Shown: positions 25,351-35,057 of the stretch, one piece after another | How positions within the stretch are numbered: the stretch's first letter is position 1 | Layout of the letters: each line of letters opens with the position of its first letter | Source of the DNA: Candidatus Falkowbacteria bacterium RIFOXYD12_FULL_34_57 | GTDB lineage: Bacteria > Patescibacteriota > Patescibacteriia > Patescibacteriales > UBA12075 | DNA length: 64,000 nt | Direction of reading: 5' to 3' | Assembly: GCA_001780285.1 (NCBI GenBank) | Contig: MFGN01000005.1 | Span: 74,200-138,199 of the forward strand | The notes under the pieces: model-generated | Told to the model about the DNA's origin: nothing | The model's input: only the letters and a program-made list of their open reading frames with translations | The model's database searches: none | Program-made: the position numbers and the translations under genes

Positions 25351-27987
25351 ATGAGTAAAAAATATCAAAATTTATTTAATAATCAGATAATCAAAATATC
25401 TCTTTGTTTCATTTTGATTATTATTTTTTTATTTGGAGTAAGTGATTTTGTTTTTGCGCAAACAGGTGCCAATAATTTACTTTGGGGCGGACAAGCCGGA
25501 AATATTCAGTCTGGTACGGGTCTCGGGAGTACTGATATTCGAATTGTTATTGCCAGAGTAATTCAAATCTTTTTGGGATTTTTGGGAATTATAGCGATAG
25601 TATTAATTGTGTATGCCGGTTGGCTCTGGATGAGTAGTGCGGGAGATTCAAGTAAGATCGATAAGGCTAAAAAAACATTAATTGCCGCCATTATCGGTTT
25701 TATTATTATTTTGGCTTCATTTGGAATTGTAAGCTTTCTTCTAAAGGTATTAAATGACGGAACAGGCGGTCTGGGCGGAGGATCAAGACAGAATTTGCCG
25801 ATTAGGGGAACGGGTGCAATTGGTAATTGTGTTGTGGAGACAGTCTATCCCGTGCCAAACCAGCAGGATGTTCCAAGAAATGTAAATATTATTGTTACAT
25901 TTAAAGAAGAAATAGATCCAACTTCTATTCGTGATGGCGCCGGAAATGTTCTACCTGGAAGTGTGCAAATATTTAAAAGAGGAACAAATCCTATGATTCC
26001 GGCCAATTTAATTACCGATATTCAGGTTTCTGTTACTCCTGATAATAAAACTTTTGTTTTTGACCCGACAAATTATCTTGGTTCACCGTCGGAATATGTT
26101 TGGTATACGGTTTTACTTACAAATAATATAGATAAAGCTGATGGTGATTCGGCTTTTGATGATTGTTTTGATAAATTTTATGAATGGGATTTTGAGGTAA
26201 ACAACAGATTGGACTTGGTGCCGCCGCAAGTTAGAAATGTCATTCCGGCTCCGGATAATTCAGTAGACATAAGCGCGATTATTCCGGCTAGTCCGGCAAT
26301 TGGAACTATCACCGTAACCGGTGTGCCGGATGAATACGCGGCAGCTTCGCATGTTGGCGTGAATTGGGTTGGGGCATTGCCTGCAAAGCCTGCTACTGTA
26401 ACCATGAATCCTCATTGTACGGAGAGCGGCGTATTAACCGTTTCGGTTTCGGCAGATGCCAGCTCAGCTCAGCTCAGCAGGGGAGGAGTGAGTTTGGGAT
26501 CCGCATCTATAAATGGCGCTTCTGTTATTTTTAATAATTTTTTAACATTAACCTTAAGCAACTATCCGGCAGACTATTTTGAAGCCGGCAACAGTTGGAA
26601 TATTACCGGAGTTACAGCCGAGGTGCAGGCTGATTATTTGATAGTAGGAAATAAGAGATATGTCTTTGGGGTGGATATAGCCTCAAATCCCGTGTTTTCC
26701 GTGGTTGCGCAAAATATTGCTAATGCCCTGATTTCAAATACCCAGATAGATGTTTTTCCTGCGTTTGTGCCTGGAAATAATTTCATTAGCTTAATGGCTA
26801 AGGTTGCGGGAATTACTGGAAACAGTATTGAATTGTCTACAAATGATAGTGCTATATTTAATTTTATCCTCATGAATGGGGGAGTTGATTTGGTGGAAAA
26901 TATAACAATAAACAGCAGGGAGGACGAGCCGAGAAATGTGGTAATTCAAATTAATTTTAACGAAGCGATTAACCCCATGAATGTTTCTGGAGACGCTGTT
27001 AGTTTACAAAATTATTTAAAGGTAAAATGTATAGGTGGACTAAACTGTAATGCGGGAAATCCAAATCTTTTTGCTTGTGGGGCGGATTTATGTGTTCAGG
27101 GCGAGTTTGTAATTTCAAATGTTTATAGAACGGTTGAATTTGTTTCAAATAATGAATGTGCAGTAAATGCTTGCGGGGACACGATTTATTGTTTGCCGGC
27201 AGATAGTAATATAGAAGTGGATATAAATGCCGCAACTCTTGATGGATGCGTTAATTGTAATACTAAATCACCATATACCGCTTGCATAGCCGATGCTTTG
27301 GCAGTAAATCATTGCCATGACTCTTCTTTGGGAATTATGTATCCTTTAGCTTCATTTGCCGGAGGGCTTCCTGATGGAGTTGTGGATGCGGCTGGAAACT
27401 CTTTAGATGGAGATAGAAGCTCCGATGCTGAAGGACCAATGGAATTTTATAATGAAAATAGTATAGCGCCCCCAGGTCCTGTGCCATTGCCTGGCGCTGG
27501 AGACAGTTTCCGATGGTCATTTTTTATAAATAGCAAGATAAACCTAACTCCGCCGGAAATAAAAGATATTGATGCAAATCATGAACATTTAGATAATAAT
27601 GTTTCTCTTTCTGATCCGGTGTTGATAGATTTTGATATTCCGATAATGTCTAATACTTTAAGTACCGGAGAAACAAACTCCAATGGAACGAAACACAAGA
27701 AAGTTAATTTATGGAGTGCAACCGGTATAGGGGCTGGGTATTGGGTGTCTAATATTGGATTTGATGATAGTCCTCCAGATGGAAAAGAAGATTGGACGCG
27801 CGTCCAGATTAATCATTCTGATTTTGCCCAGTCCACTACTTATCGCACACAAATCGGATCAGGAATAAAATCTATTTATCAAAATTGTTTCAAGCCTAGT
27901 TGGAGTAATACTTGCTCTGGAATCCCGACAGAGGTTTCATGTTGTGGGGAAGTGCCAACAGCAGCAGAGAGTTGTCCTGGGTTTTAA
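25351..27987 (+). CDS. Large surface protein: signal peptide plus VirB2/T4SS-pilin-like two-helix N-terminal module, Big_5/SbsA-type Ig-like domains, Cys-rich C-terminal region
   Basis: N-terminal 135 aa is paralogous to that of the next gene (LLWGGQAGNIQSGTGLG...GWLWMSSAGDSSKIDKAKKTLIAAIIGFIIILASFGI). VYPVPNQQDVPRNVNIIVTFKEEIDPTSI and EPRNVVIQINFNEAINPMNV are Big_5-like. Confidence 0.75.
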   Translation: MSKKYQNLFNNQIIKISLCFILIIIFLFGVSDFVFAQTGANNLLWGGQAGNIQSGTGLGSTDIRIVIARVIQIFLGFLGIIAIVLIVYAGWLWMSSAGDSSKIDKAKKTLIAAIIGFIIILASFGIVSFLLKVLNDGTGGLGGGSRQNLPIRGTGAIGNCVVETVYPVPNQQDVPRNVNIIVTFKEEIDPTSIRDGAGNVLPGSVQIFKRGTNPMIPANLITDIQVSVTPDNKTFVFDPTNYLGSPSEYVWYTVLLTNNIDKADGDSAFDDCFDKFYEWDFEVNNRLDLVPPQVRNVIPAPDNSVDISAIIPASPAIGTITVTGVPDEYAAASHVGVNWVGALPAKPATVTMNPHCTESGVLTVSVSADASSAQLSRGGVSLGSASINGASVIFNNFLTLTLSNYPADYFEAGNSWNITGVTAEVQADYLIVGNKRYVFGVDIASNPVFSVVAQNIANALISNTQIDVFPAFVPGNNFISLMAKVAGITGNSIELSTNDSAIFNFILMNGGVDLVENITINSREDEPRNVVIQINFNEAINPMNVSGDAVSLQNYLKVKCIGGLNCNAGNPNLFACGADLCVQGEFVISNVYRTVEFVSNNECAVNACGDTIYCLPADSNIEVDINAATLDGCVNCNTKSPYTACIADALAVNHCHDSSLGIMYPLASFAGGLPDGVVDAAGNSLDGDRSSDAEGPMEFYNENSIAPPGPVPLPGAGDSFRWSFFINSKINLTPPEIKDIDANHEHLDNNVSLSDPVLIDFDIPIMSNTLSTGETNSNGTKHKKVNLWSATGIGAGYWVSNIGFDDSPPDGKEDWTRVQINHSDFAQSTTYRTQIGSGIKSIYQNCFKPSWSNTCSGIPTEVSCCGEVPTAAESCPGF

Positions 27988-28013
27988 TAATTTTTTAACA
28001 TGAATTATGAATT

Positions 28014-31000
28014 ATGATTTTTAGTTTAAAAAAATATATATTCATAGTATTTTTTATAGCATCATTTTTTGTGGTAGTTGATTTTACTTTGGCTGGTGAT
28101 GCTAATACTTTGCTTTGGGGAAATCAAGCTGGAAATATTCAGGCTAACACCGGTTTGGGTACAACAGACCCCAGAATAATTATTTCTCAAATTATCAATA
28201 TTATTCTTGGTTTTTTAGGAATTGTGGCTGTAGTGATTATTTTGTATGGCGGATGGCTTTGGATGACCAGCCAGGGAGATGCAAATCAGATAGAAAAGGC
28301 AAAAAAGATTTTAATTTCGGCGATTATCGGCCTGGTTATTATTATGTCCGCATTTGGTATAGCTCAATTTGTGTTAAATAGATTATATGACGCTACCGCT
28401 GGTTGTACTCCTGGTGATTTTAAGAATTGTGGATGCGGTGGAATGGGTACTCAAACCTGTAATGCAGGTGGCACTTGGGATGCTTGTTTCGGTGGTGATT
28501 GTATAGTTGGGGAAAGTTGTTGTTTTGGCGGTTTTTGTGCTGCAGATTGCGCCGCTCCGCCCAGCTTTGTAATTACCAATACTTCTCCGGCAGACGGAAG
28601 CATAAATTTGCCCAGAAATGCTAAAATTAGATTTAGAACCAATTTACCAATTAATGCCGGTACGGTTGGTTTGGGGGTGGGGGGAACTTTTCATGTGGTA
28701 GACGGCGGAGGTGTTGATATACCAGGAAACATTACCCCAATTACCGGCAGAATTATAGAATATACTCCAAGCGGCGCTTGTCCTGCTAATATTTGCGGAG
28801 CCACAGAGTGTTTGCCCGGAGGTGAAATTATAACTGTTACAGCCGATAACGGCATACTTAGCGTGGGCGGCAATAATTTAACTTGCAACATATTAAATCC
28901 TTGCGTGATAACTTTTACCACCAGTAATGTGGTAGATTGTGATAACCCTAATATTAGCCTTGATTTTGATCAAATTTGTTCTATCCCCAACAATGAAATT
29001 TATGCTAATTCTTCCGATGATTCCGGAGTATGGCAGATAGAATATTTTGTGAACAATGTGCCGATTGTAAACAATCCCCCCATAAGCGGTCCCAATCCGA
29101 TTATTAATCCATTTCCAGCTCCGGGAGCTTTTAATACCAGGGCTTTGTTTATGCCCAGTGTTTTTGATGGTACTGTTTTTGTTCCAGGGGATACACTTAG
29201 TCTGAGGGCAACCGTCTACGATGTAGATGCTCATAGTTCATCTGATACTAAAAATACAATTTTAAGGCCGGCGCATTGTTGTAGCGGCATTCTGGACGGG
29301 GATGAAGAAGGAGTAGATTGCGGAGGAAGTTGTGCTCGCTGTAACGGGGCTGCTTGCGGTGCAAGCCTTAATGATGCTTGTGTTGCTGGTGACTGTAGCG
29401 CCAATAATAATCTTTGTGCTTCGCAATTTTGTAATTGTACTACGCCGGCAGCTCCTGGTTGCCAGACAGCCGGATATGCTGCTGGTATCAATGATTGTTG
29501 CTTGTGTCAACAAGCACCGATTATTGATTGGATTACTCCGATTGGCGGTTTTTGTGATGGTGTGGGCGGAGAAAATATCTCTTGTACCGAGGATAATGAA
29601 ACAATAAATTGCGCCGCTTTCGGGGGAATTTGTAATACAGATATAGCTAACGGAGCTTCGGGTAATTTAATAACTATAGGAGGAAGGTGGTTTGGGAGCG
29701 TGCCGGGCATAGTGCAAATCGGGGGAGTAAATGCAGATTTAGCCTCAGTAGTAAATCCAGCTTGTGTAAATAGTTGGACTGATAATCAAATTATAGTAGA
29801 GGTGCCGGCCGGTCTGCCACTTGGAGCGCAAATTGTTTTAGTGAGAAATTCTGCTTTACTAGAAGATGCTAATAATGATGCTCGGGGACCAAGCGTTGAT
29901 TTTAATATTAACACTATTGTTCGTCCCGGACTTTGTTTAATAAATCCTGATAACGGACAAATAGGGGATGTGATTCAATATAATGGAGTGAGACTTAATA
30001 ATAATTCAGCTTTTTTTGGAAATATAAATACAAATGTGCCAGCGACTGCAAATATATTTGCAGCTAATTTATTAGGTCAGGCTAATGTGCCGAATATTAC
30101 GAACGGACATACAACAACTTTTACCGTGAGCCCTGGTCCGGATGTTGTTAGCAGTAATTATTTAAGATTTCGTAAAACAGCAGAGCCTGAGGCGGGTCCT
30201 AGGATTATATCATTTGAGCCCGTGCAGGGAAATGAAGGTCAATATGTAACTATTTTCGGAGAAGGTTTTGGTGGTAGCCGCGGAACAAGCAATGTGCGTT
30301 TTGATTTAGTGGACGCTGATTTTAATTTTCCCGATGTTTGCAGTGATAATTTATGGAGTGATACTCAAATTATCGTAAAAGTTCCAGCACTCGCAAATGG
30401 TCCTTATACTATTTTTATTGATTTAGATTCGGGGCCAACAATAGATACAACTCTTTTAAGTCCTAATGTATTTACTTTTAATAATGCACTTCCTTTATTG
30501 CCTAGTTTGTGTAAAATTGAGCCAAAAATTGGTCCTAATAATAGTTCTGTGAGCCTGTTTGGGGAATATTTTGATGCTTATAATGCGAATAGTAAGGCAA
30601 GGTTTCATTTAAATAGAGATCAGACGGGTCCCGCAATACCTGCGCCAATAGGACCAATACAAAAATGGCAATTAAATGGCGATCATTATGAGGTGGAAGT
30701 ATTGGTGCATCAGTTGGCTGTAAGCGGACCGGTAAGAATCGTAAAGGATTTTCCAGAACAGGTTGGAAACGGACTTAATTTTAGAGTGGGTTCCTGTAAT
30801 AAGGAGACTAATCCTAATGAAGCTTGTGGAGCTGGTAATGTTTGTTGCCCCACAGGAAGTTATAATGAAGGACAATGTGTAGTTAATTCTGATGATTGTA
30901 ATCTGGGTTTTGAAACTTCTGTTTATGAATGGGATTTTAGTACCAATATTACCGGAGGACAAATCGGAGATCCTTGCGATGATGACTTGGTTATGCCCGC

Positions 31001-34000
31001 CTGTCAGGCTTCTTCCACGATGTGCGCTTTGCCGCTTGAATGTAATACTACAACATGTACTTGCCAGCCCGCACCAGGAGAATCATGTTCCGGGGTGGGG
31101 CTCTCTGAATGTAATTTGGTAACATTTTGTCCGAATTCTCCGGGGCAGTGCTCGACTTATCCCGGGGGGCAGCCAGAGCAAATCGGTTCTTGTATTTTTA
31201 GCTGCGAGGGAGTGGGGGGGTGTACTGCCGCTATTTGTGATTATAACAATGTTTTAGATAGATGCGTGCTTACAGGGTTAAGTTGTGATATGACTCAGCC
31301 GGCAGTAGATGCTCTATTAAATCCAATTACTTCGTATTGTGCAGATTACGGAGGGGTCGGCAGATGGCACATAAATACTCCAATGAGCTGCCCCTTAGGC
31401 TGGACCCAAATATTTGGCGGAAGGTGTGTTAATCTTGCTGCGAATTGTGATATCTGTAATGCCGGATTTGTTTGTTCCGGCGGCCTATGTGCGGTAGACC
31501 GAGATATTTGTCCGGCAAGCAGTATTTGTAATAACACTGATGAATGTGTTGCAAGCGATGTTGCTGCATGTGAGTGCTGTTGTGAGATTGGTCAGGATGC
31601 CCGTGATTGTTGTTCTCCTTTAACCTGCGAAGGGACATGCGGTGATGATTTAGTTGATGATGGCGCTGGATTTGGCGAGTGCTCCGGATGTGCTAATGCC
31701 GGAGTGACACAAGCTGATCATGACAATGCTTGTAATTGTTCGGGGCATATCGGCAAATTTTGCGAAACAACTGATCCTGCTTTTCCAAATGGGGTTTGCC
31801 GTGACTGTACCCGTCTTTCAAATGAGCCGGAATGTGATTTGCATAATACTTGCTGCACGGACGCTATGCAAGGAGGCGCTTGTCGCGGAGGAGATGGTGC
31901 TGTGGCAGGACTTTTGGGAGACTGCGCTTATTACAATTGTGTTCAACCGAATAATGATGTTTGTAATGTGAATCCTGTTAATTCCGGGGATTTTAGAGAT
32001 TTAGGAACTTGTAACACCAAGTGCGTTCCCGGTCCCGCTGGCCTCGGGCTTAGCTGTGCTTCTACTTCCACTGACCCCTTCATTTCTAATGTTTGTAATA
32101 CCATAATATGCAATCCTCCATTTGAATGCTTAAATGCTTCCGGCGCCGGAGCTACACCACCGGATGATTGCGGTTTTTGTTGTTGTGATCCAACGGTTGG
32201 TAATGTGTGCGGACCACTACTTACCTGTGACCCAGATAATGCGCCATGTTCTGGCGCTGGACGCGGGCTTTGTTGTGGTTGTGATGCAGATATAGATTGT
32301 AATAATGTGGCGATGATGGGTTGTGGCCGAGATGCTTGTTGCAGACAAAGACCAAGCGTAGTTCCGAATTCCGAAGTACCCGCAGATGAACCGCCCGGAC
32401 TTCCGGGAATGGGTAGGATATGTCGCAATGCTTTAATTTCAGCTACATTCGACCAATTAATGGATACTGCCAGTTTTTCCGGAAATATGATAGTAATAGG
32501 AGACTATGGAGGAAATACATGTCCGGCCGGCACAGAATACTTAATTACCAAAAAAGAAGAAAAATATAATAATATATTTGAATTTATAGTTTTAAAAATT
32601 AAAAAATTAGCTAGCTTTCTGCCTGGTAAGTTTGCAAATGCTTACACAATTCCAAATGCTTTAAATCACTATTGCGCAGTTGCCGGCACAGTAAGCTCTG
32701 AGGTAAATGGTCTTGGTAACAGTGTTATAAAGTTTGCTCCTAAAAACGCCCTAGACGCAGATAGACTATATTATGTGATTATAAAAGGAGATGAGTCTTT
32801 GGATAGTAGCAAGGGGGTTTTAAATAATTGGGGAATAGGCATGAATGGCCCCTTTAACGCTAATAATGTATTTAATAGTATAGTTTATAACAATGCCCAT
32901 ATTTGGTCATTTAGAACCCTACCAGAGACAGCAACCAATGATGGAATCTGTCTACTGGGAGAAGTAGAGCTTAATCCATATTCTTATTTATTTAAAACCA
33001 CTAAAAATAATCCACAAGAAAATGATATTAATAAAAATGATTCTACTTTTGATACCTTAGCCGATCAAGACAAGGTTTTTGTGGCCACTACAAAAAGTTT
33101 ATCAGGTCAAATAATTGTTCCTATTGCAGGTGTTTATGACTGGGCTTGGACATGGACAGTGACTGATCCGACTGTAGCTAATTTTGCCGCCATAAATCCA
33201 TTTACACCAGTAATAGAAGATTATAAAAGATTAATTGTAGCAGATGCGGGGGAGACGGATGGATATACTGAATTGACCACTAGGGCCACCATTACTTTTG
33301 GTCTTCCTGGTTCTCCGATAGGCACTTTTTTTAGTGACACATCCGATATATATGTTTTTGTGTGCGCAAATCCTTGGCCGCCTATTGTTTTAGGAACTTG
33401 GCAGCCGTGGCGCGACGCGAATTATTCAGCGCCAGCTAGTTGTGTTGCCGGATCAGGAGCTTGTCATAATACTAATTATGAATTTTATTATTGCCGTGAC
33501 AAAGGAGGAGAGGGAACATATGATGACTTACCATCTATTGCAAGTGGGGCCGTTATTAGAGGCGATAATAACCCTGAAATATTAAAAGAAGCTTATTTCT
33601 TACGAAATCCAGCACCAGTGGCAACTACCACACTTACCATTGTAGACCCTCAAACCGGAGGAGTGCTTGATGTTTCATGGGCGCCAGCTGTCGCTGGAGC
33701 AAACGGATATAAATTGTATTGGGGGAGTGCAAGCGGTATTTACAGTGAATACGCCGATGTGGGCAATGTGAATAATTATTCTATTTCCGGACTTACTAAT
33801 AATACAGTTTATTATATTAATATTACAGCATATTTTAATACTGGCGCAGAGAGCGCTTATCACGGAGAAATATTCGGAATTCCAACAGATCAAACCGCTC
33901 CGCTTCCTCCAATAGGGCTTACGGCTGTAGCTGGAGATGAAAGTATAGAATTATCATGGAATTTAGATGTGGTAGGGGATGTAGTGAGTTATAATATTTA

Positions 34001-34172
34001 CTACGGAGTTTCATCTGGTAATTACGGAGGATCAGTAAATGAAGGTTTAATTAATTCTGTTTCCATAGAAGGACTCACAACCGGTGAAGATTATTTTTTT
34101 GTAGTCACCGCTTTAGATGAATATGATAATGAAAGTGTTTATTCACTTGAAGTAAGCGGAATACCTAATTAG
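28014..34172 (+). CDS. Giant (2052 aa) surface protein: pilin-like N-terminal anchor, Big_5-like, IPT/TIG repeats, very Cys-rich central region, two C-terminal Fn3 domains
   Basis: N-terminus LLWGNQAGNIQANTGLG...GWLWMTSQGDANQIEKAKKILISAIIGLVIIMSAFGI. CSGILDGDEEGVDCGGSCARC motif. IPT-like PRIISFEPVQGNEGQYVTIFGEGFG. Fn3 LDVSWAPAVAGANGYKLYWG / IELSWNLDVVGDVVSYNIYYG. Confidence 0.8.
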   Translation: MIFSLKKYIFIVFFIASFFVVVDFTLAGDANTLLWGNQAGNIQANTGLGTTDPRIIISQIINIILGFLGIVAVVIILYGGWLWMTSQGDANQIEKAKKILISAIIGLVIIMSAFGIAQFVLNRLYDATAGCTPGDFKNCGCGGMGTQTCNAGGTWDACFGGDCIVGESCCFGGFCAADCAAPPSFVITNTSPADGSINLPRNAKIRFRTNLPINAGTVGLGVGGTFHVVDGGGVDIPGNITPITGRIIEYTPSGACPANICGATECLPGGEIITVTADNGILSVGGNNLTCNILNPCVITFTTSNVVDCDNPNISLDFDQICSIPNNEIYANSSDDSGVWQIEYFVNNVPIVNNPPISGPNPIINPFPAPGAFNTRALFMPSVFDGTVFVPGDTLSLRATVYDVDAHSSSDTKNTILRPAHCCSGILDGDEEGVDCGGSCARCNGAACGASLNDACVAGDCSANNNLCASQFCNCTTPAAPGCQTAGYAAGINDCCLCQQAPIIDWITPIGGFCDGVGGENISCTEDNETINCAAFGGICNTDIANGASGNLITIGGRWFGSVPGIVQIGGVNADLASVVNPACVNSWTDNQIIVEVPAGLPLGAQIVLVRNSALLEDANNDARGPSVDFNINTIVRPGLCLINPDNGQIGDVIQYNGVRLNNNSAFFGNINTNVPATANIFAANLLGQANVPNITNGHTTTFTVSPGPDVVSSNYLRFRKTAEPEAGPRIISFEPVQGNEGQYVTIFGEGFGGSRGTSNVRFDLVDADFNFPDVCSDNLWSDTQIIVKVPALANGPYTIFIDLDSGPTIDTTLLSPNVFTFNNALPLLPSLCKIEPKIGPNNSSVSLFGEYFDAYNANSKARFHLNRDQTGPAIPAPIGPIQKWQLNGDHYEVEVLVHQLAVSGPVRIVKDFPEQVGNGLNFRVGSCNKETNPNEACGAGNVCCPTGSYNEGQCVVNSDDCNLGFETSVYEWDFSTNITGGQIGDPCDDDLVMPACQASSTMCALPLECNTTTCTCQPAPGESCSGVGLSECNLVTFCPNSPGQCSTYPGGQPEQIGSCIFSCEGVGGCTAAICDYNNVLDRCVLTGLSCDMTQPAVDALLNPITSYCADYGGVGRWHINTPMSCPLGWTQIFGGRCVNLAANCDICNAGFVCSGGLCAVDRDICPASSICNNTDECVASDVAACECCCEIGQDARDCCSPLTCEGTCGDDLVDDGAGFGECSGCANAGVTQADHDNACNCSGHIGKFCETTDPAFPNGVCRDCTRLSNEPECDLHNTCCTDAMQGGACRGGDGAVAGLLGDCAYYNCVQPNNDVCNVNPVNSGDFRDLGTCNTKCVPGPAGLGLSCASTSTDPFISNVCNTIICNPPFECLNASGAGATPPDDCGFCCCDPTVGNVCGPLLTCDPDNAPCSGAGRGLCCGCDADIDCNNVAMMGCGRDACCRQRPSVVPNSEVPADEPPGLPGMGRICRNALISATFDQLMDTASFSGNMIVIGDYGGNTCPAGTEYLITKKEEKYNNIFEFIVLKIKKLASFLPGKFANAYTIPNALNHYCAVAGTVSSEVNGLGNSVIKFAPKNALDADRLYYVIIKGDESLDSSKGVLNNWGIGMNGPFNANNVFNSIVYNNAHIWSFRTLPETATNDGICLLGEVELNPYSYLFKTTKNNPQENDINKNDSTFDTLADQDKVFVATTKSLSGQIIVPIAGVYDWAWTWTVTDPTVANFAAINPFTPVIEDYKRLIVADAGETDGYTELTTRATITFGLPGSPIGTFFSDTSDIYVFVCANPWPPIVLGTWQPWRDANYSAPASCVAGSGACHNTNYEFYYCRDKGGEGTYDDLPSIASGAVIRGDNNPEILKEAYFLRNPAPVATTTLTIVDPQTGGVLDVSWAPAVAGANGYKLYWGSASGIYSEYADVGNVNNYSISGLTNNTVYYINITAYFNTGAESAYHGEIFGIPTDQTAPLPPIGLTAVAGDESIELSWNLDVVGDVVSYNIYYGVSSGNYGGSVNEGLINSVSIEGLTTGEDYFFVVTALDEYDNESVYSLEVSGIPN

Positions 34173-34186
34173 TATTTTACATATTA

Positions 34187-34277
34187 GCATTTAAACATTT
34201 AAACATGTTAAGGTAATTTTATAGTGAAATATATATACCTTTATCTTGTCATATTTAAATGTTTAAATGTTTAAATG
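34187..34277. repeat. Inverted repeat of tandem CATTTAAA words; right arm ends on the start codon of the next gene
   Basis: Left arm gcatttaaacatttaaacatg (34187-34207). Right arm catatttaaatgtttaaatgtttaaATG (34250-34277). 19 nt of perfect complementarity. Confidence 0.6.
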
Positions 34278-35018
34278 ATAATATTTATGTTTGAAGAACT
34301 TGAAAAAAAGCAAATTAATAAAAACAATTCAACTCAAATATCGCCCCCTGCTACCCCCCCCTTGATTAATCAGGGAGATATATCTAAACATAAAAACGAA
34401 CATGAAGACAAACAAGAAATAGAAGATATTTTTGCTGATATAGAAAAGGCGGATACTCTTAAAATTAAAAATACACAGAATGGTTTTAAGAAGGAAGAAG
34501 ATGTATCAAACAACAAAAAAGAATCAATAAAGAAAATATTGTTTTTGTTGTCTTTTTTAATTATTTTTATCTTAATTATTGGTGGATTTTTTTTGGCTTA
34601 TAAATTAGTTTTTAACAATAAACAAGAAGAACAGCAAATTCCTTTTGAAGATTTAAAAGAAGAAAATGCTCCAATAGAATCAATGCAAAATACTTCTACA
34701 AATCAAAAACAGGTTCAAATAGAACCGCTGTCAGGACAAACAGAACAAAAAAATAAAGAAAACGAAATAATTGAGAGCAGTAAAGCTCTATTAGATACTG
34801 ATCAAGATGGCTTAACCGATGAGGAGGAACTTGGCTTGGGTTTGAATATTAATAAAAATGATAGTGATGATGATGGTTTATTTGACAGAGAAGAGCTTCG
34901 AGTTTACAAAACAGATCCGCTCAATAAAGACACGGACGGAGATGGTTATTTGGATGGAGCAGAGGTAAAAAATGGTTTTAATCCTAATGGGGCTGGTAGA
35001 TTATACGATATTAATTAG
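34275..35018 (+). CDS. Single-pass membrane protein with thrombospondin type-3-like Ca-binding repeats
   Basis: TM helix ILFLLSFLIIFILIIGGFFLAY. C-terminal DTDQDGLTDEEE, DSDDDGLFDREE, DTDGDGYLDGAE repeats. Confidence 0.7.
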   Translation: MIIFMFEELEKKQINKNNSTQISPPATPPLINQGDISKHKNEHEDKQEIEDIFADIEKADTLKIKNTQNGFKKEEDVSNNKKESIKKILFLLSFLIIFILIIGGFFLAYKLVFNNKQEEQQIPFEDLKEENAPIESMQNTSTNQKQVQIEPLSGQTEQKNKENEIIESSKALLDTDQDGLTDEEELGLGLNINKNDSDDDGLFDREELRVYKTDPLNKDTDGDGYLDGAEVKNGFNPNGAGRLYDIN

Positions 35019-35057
35019 TTTTGTTTATTTTTTGAATTTATTTAATATATTTGTATT

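Noticed and set aside
25151-25354. Tracked 67-aa ORF upstream of the 878-aa gene. Similar small tracked ORFs at 15648-15836, 44482-44688, 45271-45615, 47681-47869, 52437-52745 and 51259-51690.
   Set aside because: They fall in word-repeat or regulatory spacers, or antisense to real genes. Their composition is I/F/K/N-rich as expected from AT-rich non-coding DNA, and they lack SDs.
28451-32428. Cluster of long - strand and off-frame ORFs (up to 161 aa) within the 2052-aa gene, plus similar ones in the 878-aa gene (26178-27520).
   Set aside because: They are explained by the locally higher G+C and lower stop-codon density of the Cys/Gly/Ala-rich coding strand. The sense frame is continuous for 2052 codons with coherent domain architecture.
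32541-32612. Sharply AT-rich in-frame stretch (LITKKEEKYNNIFEFIVLKIKKLASF) inside the otherwise GC-richer giant gene; possible insertion.
   Set aside because: It keeps the frame and has no flanking repeats or word-array structure that I could see. It may simply be a surface loop or amphipathic helix, and this cannot be tested without alignments.
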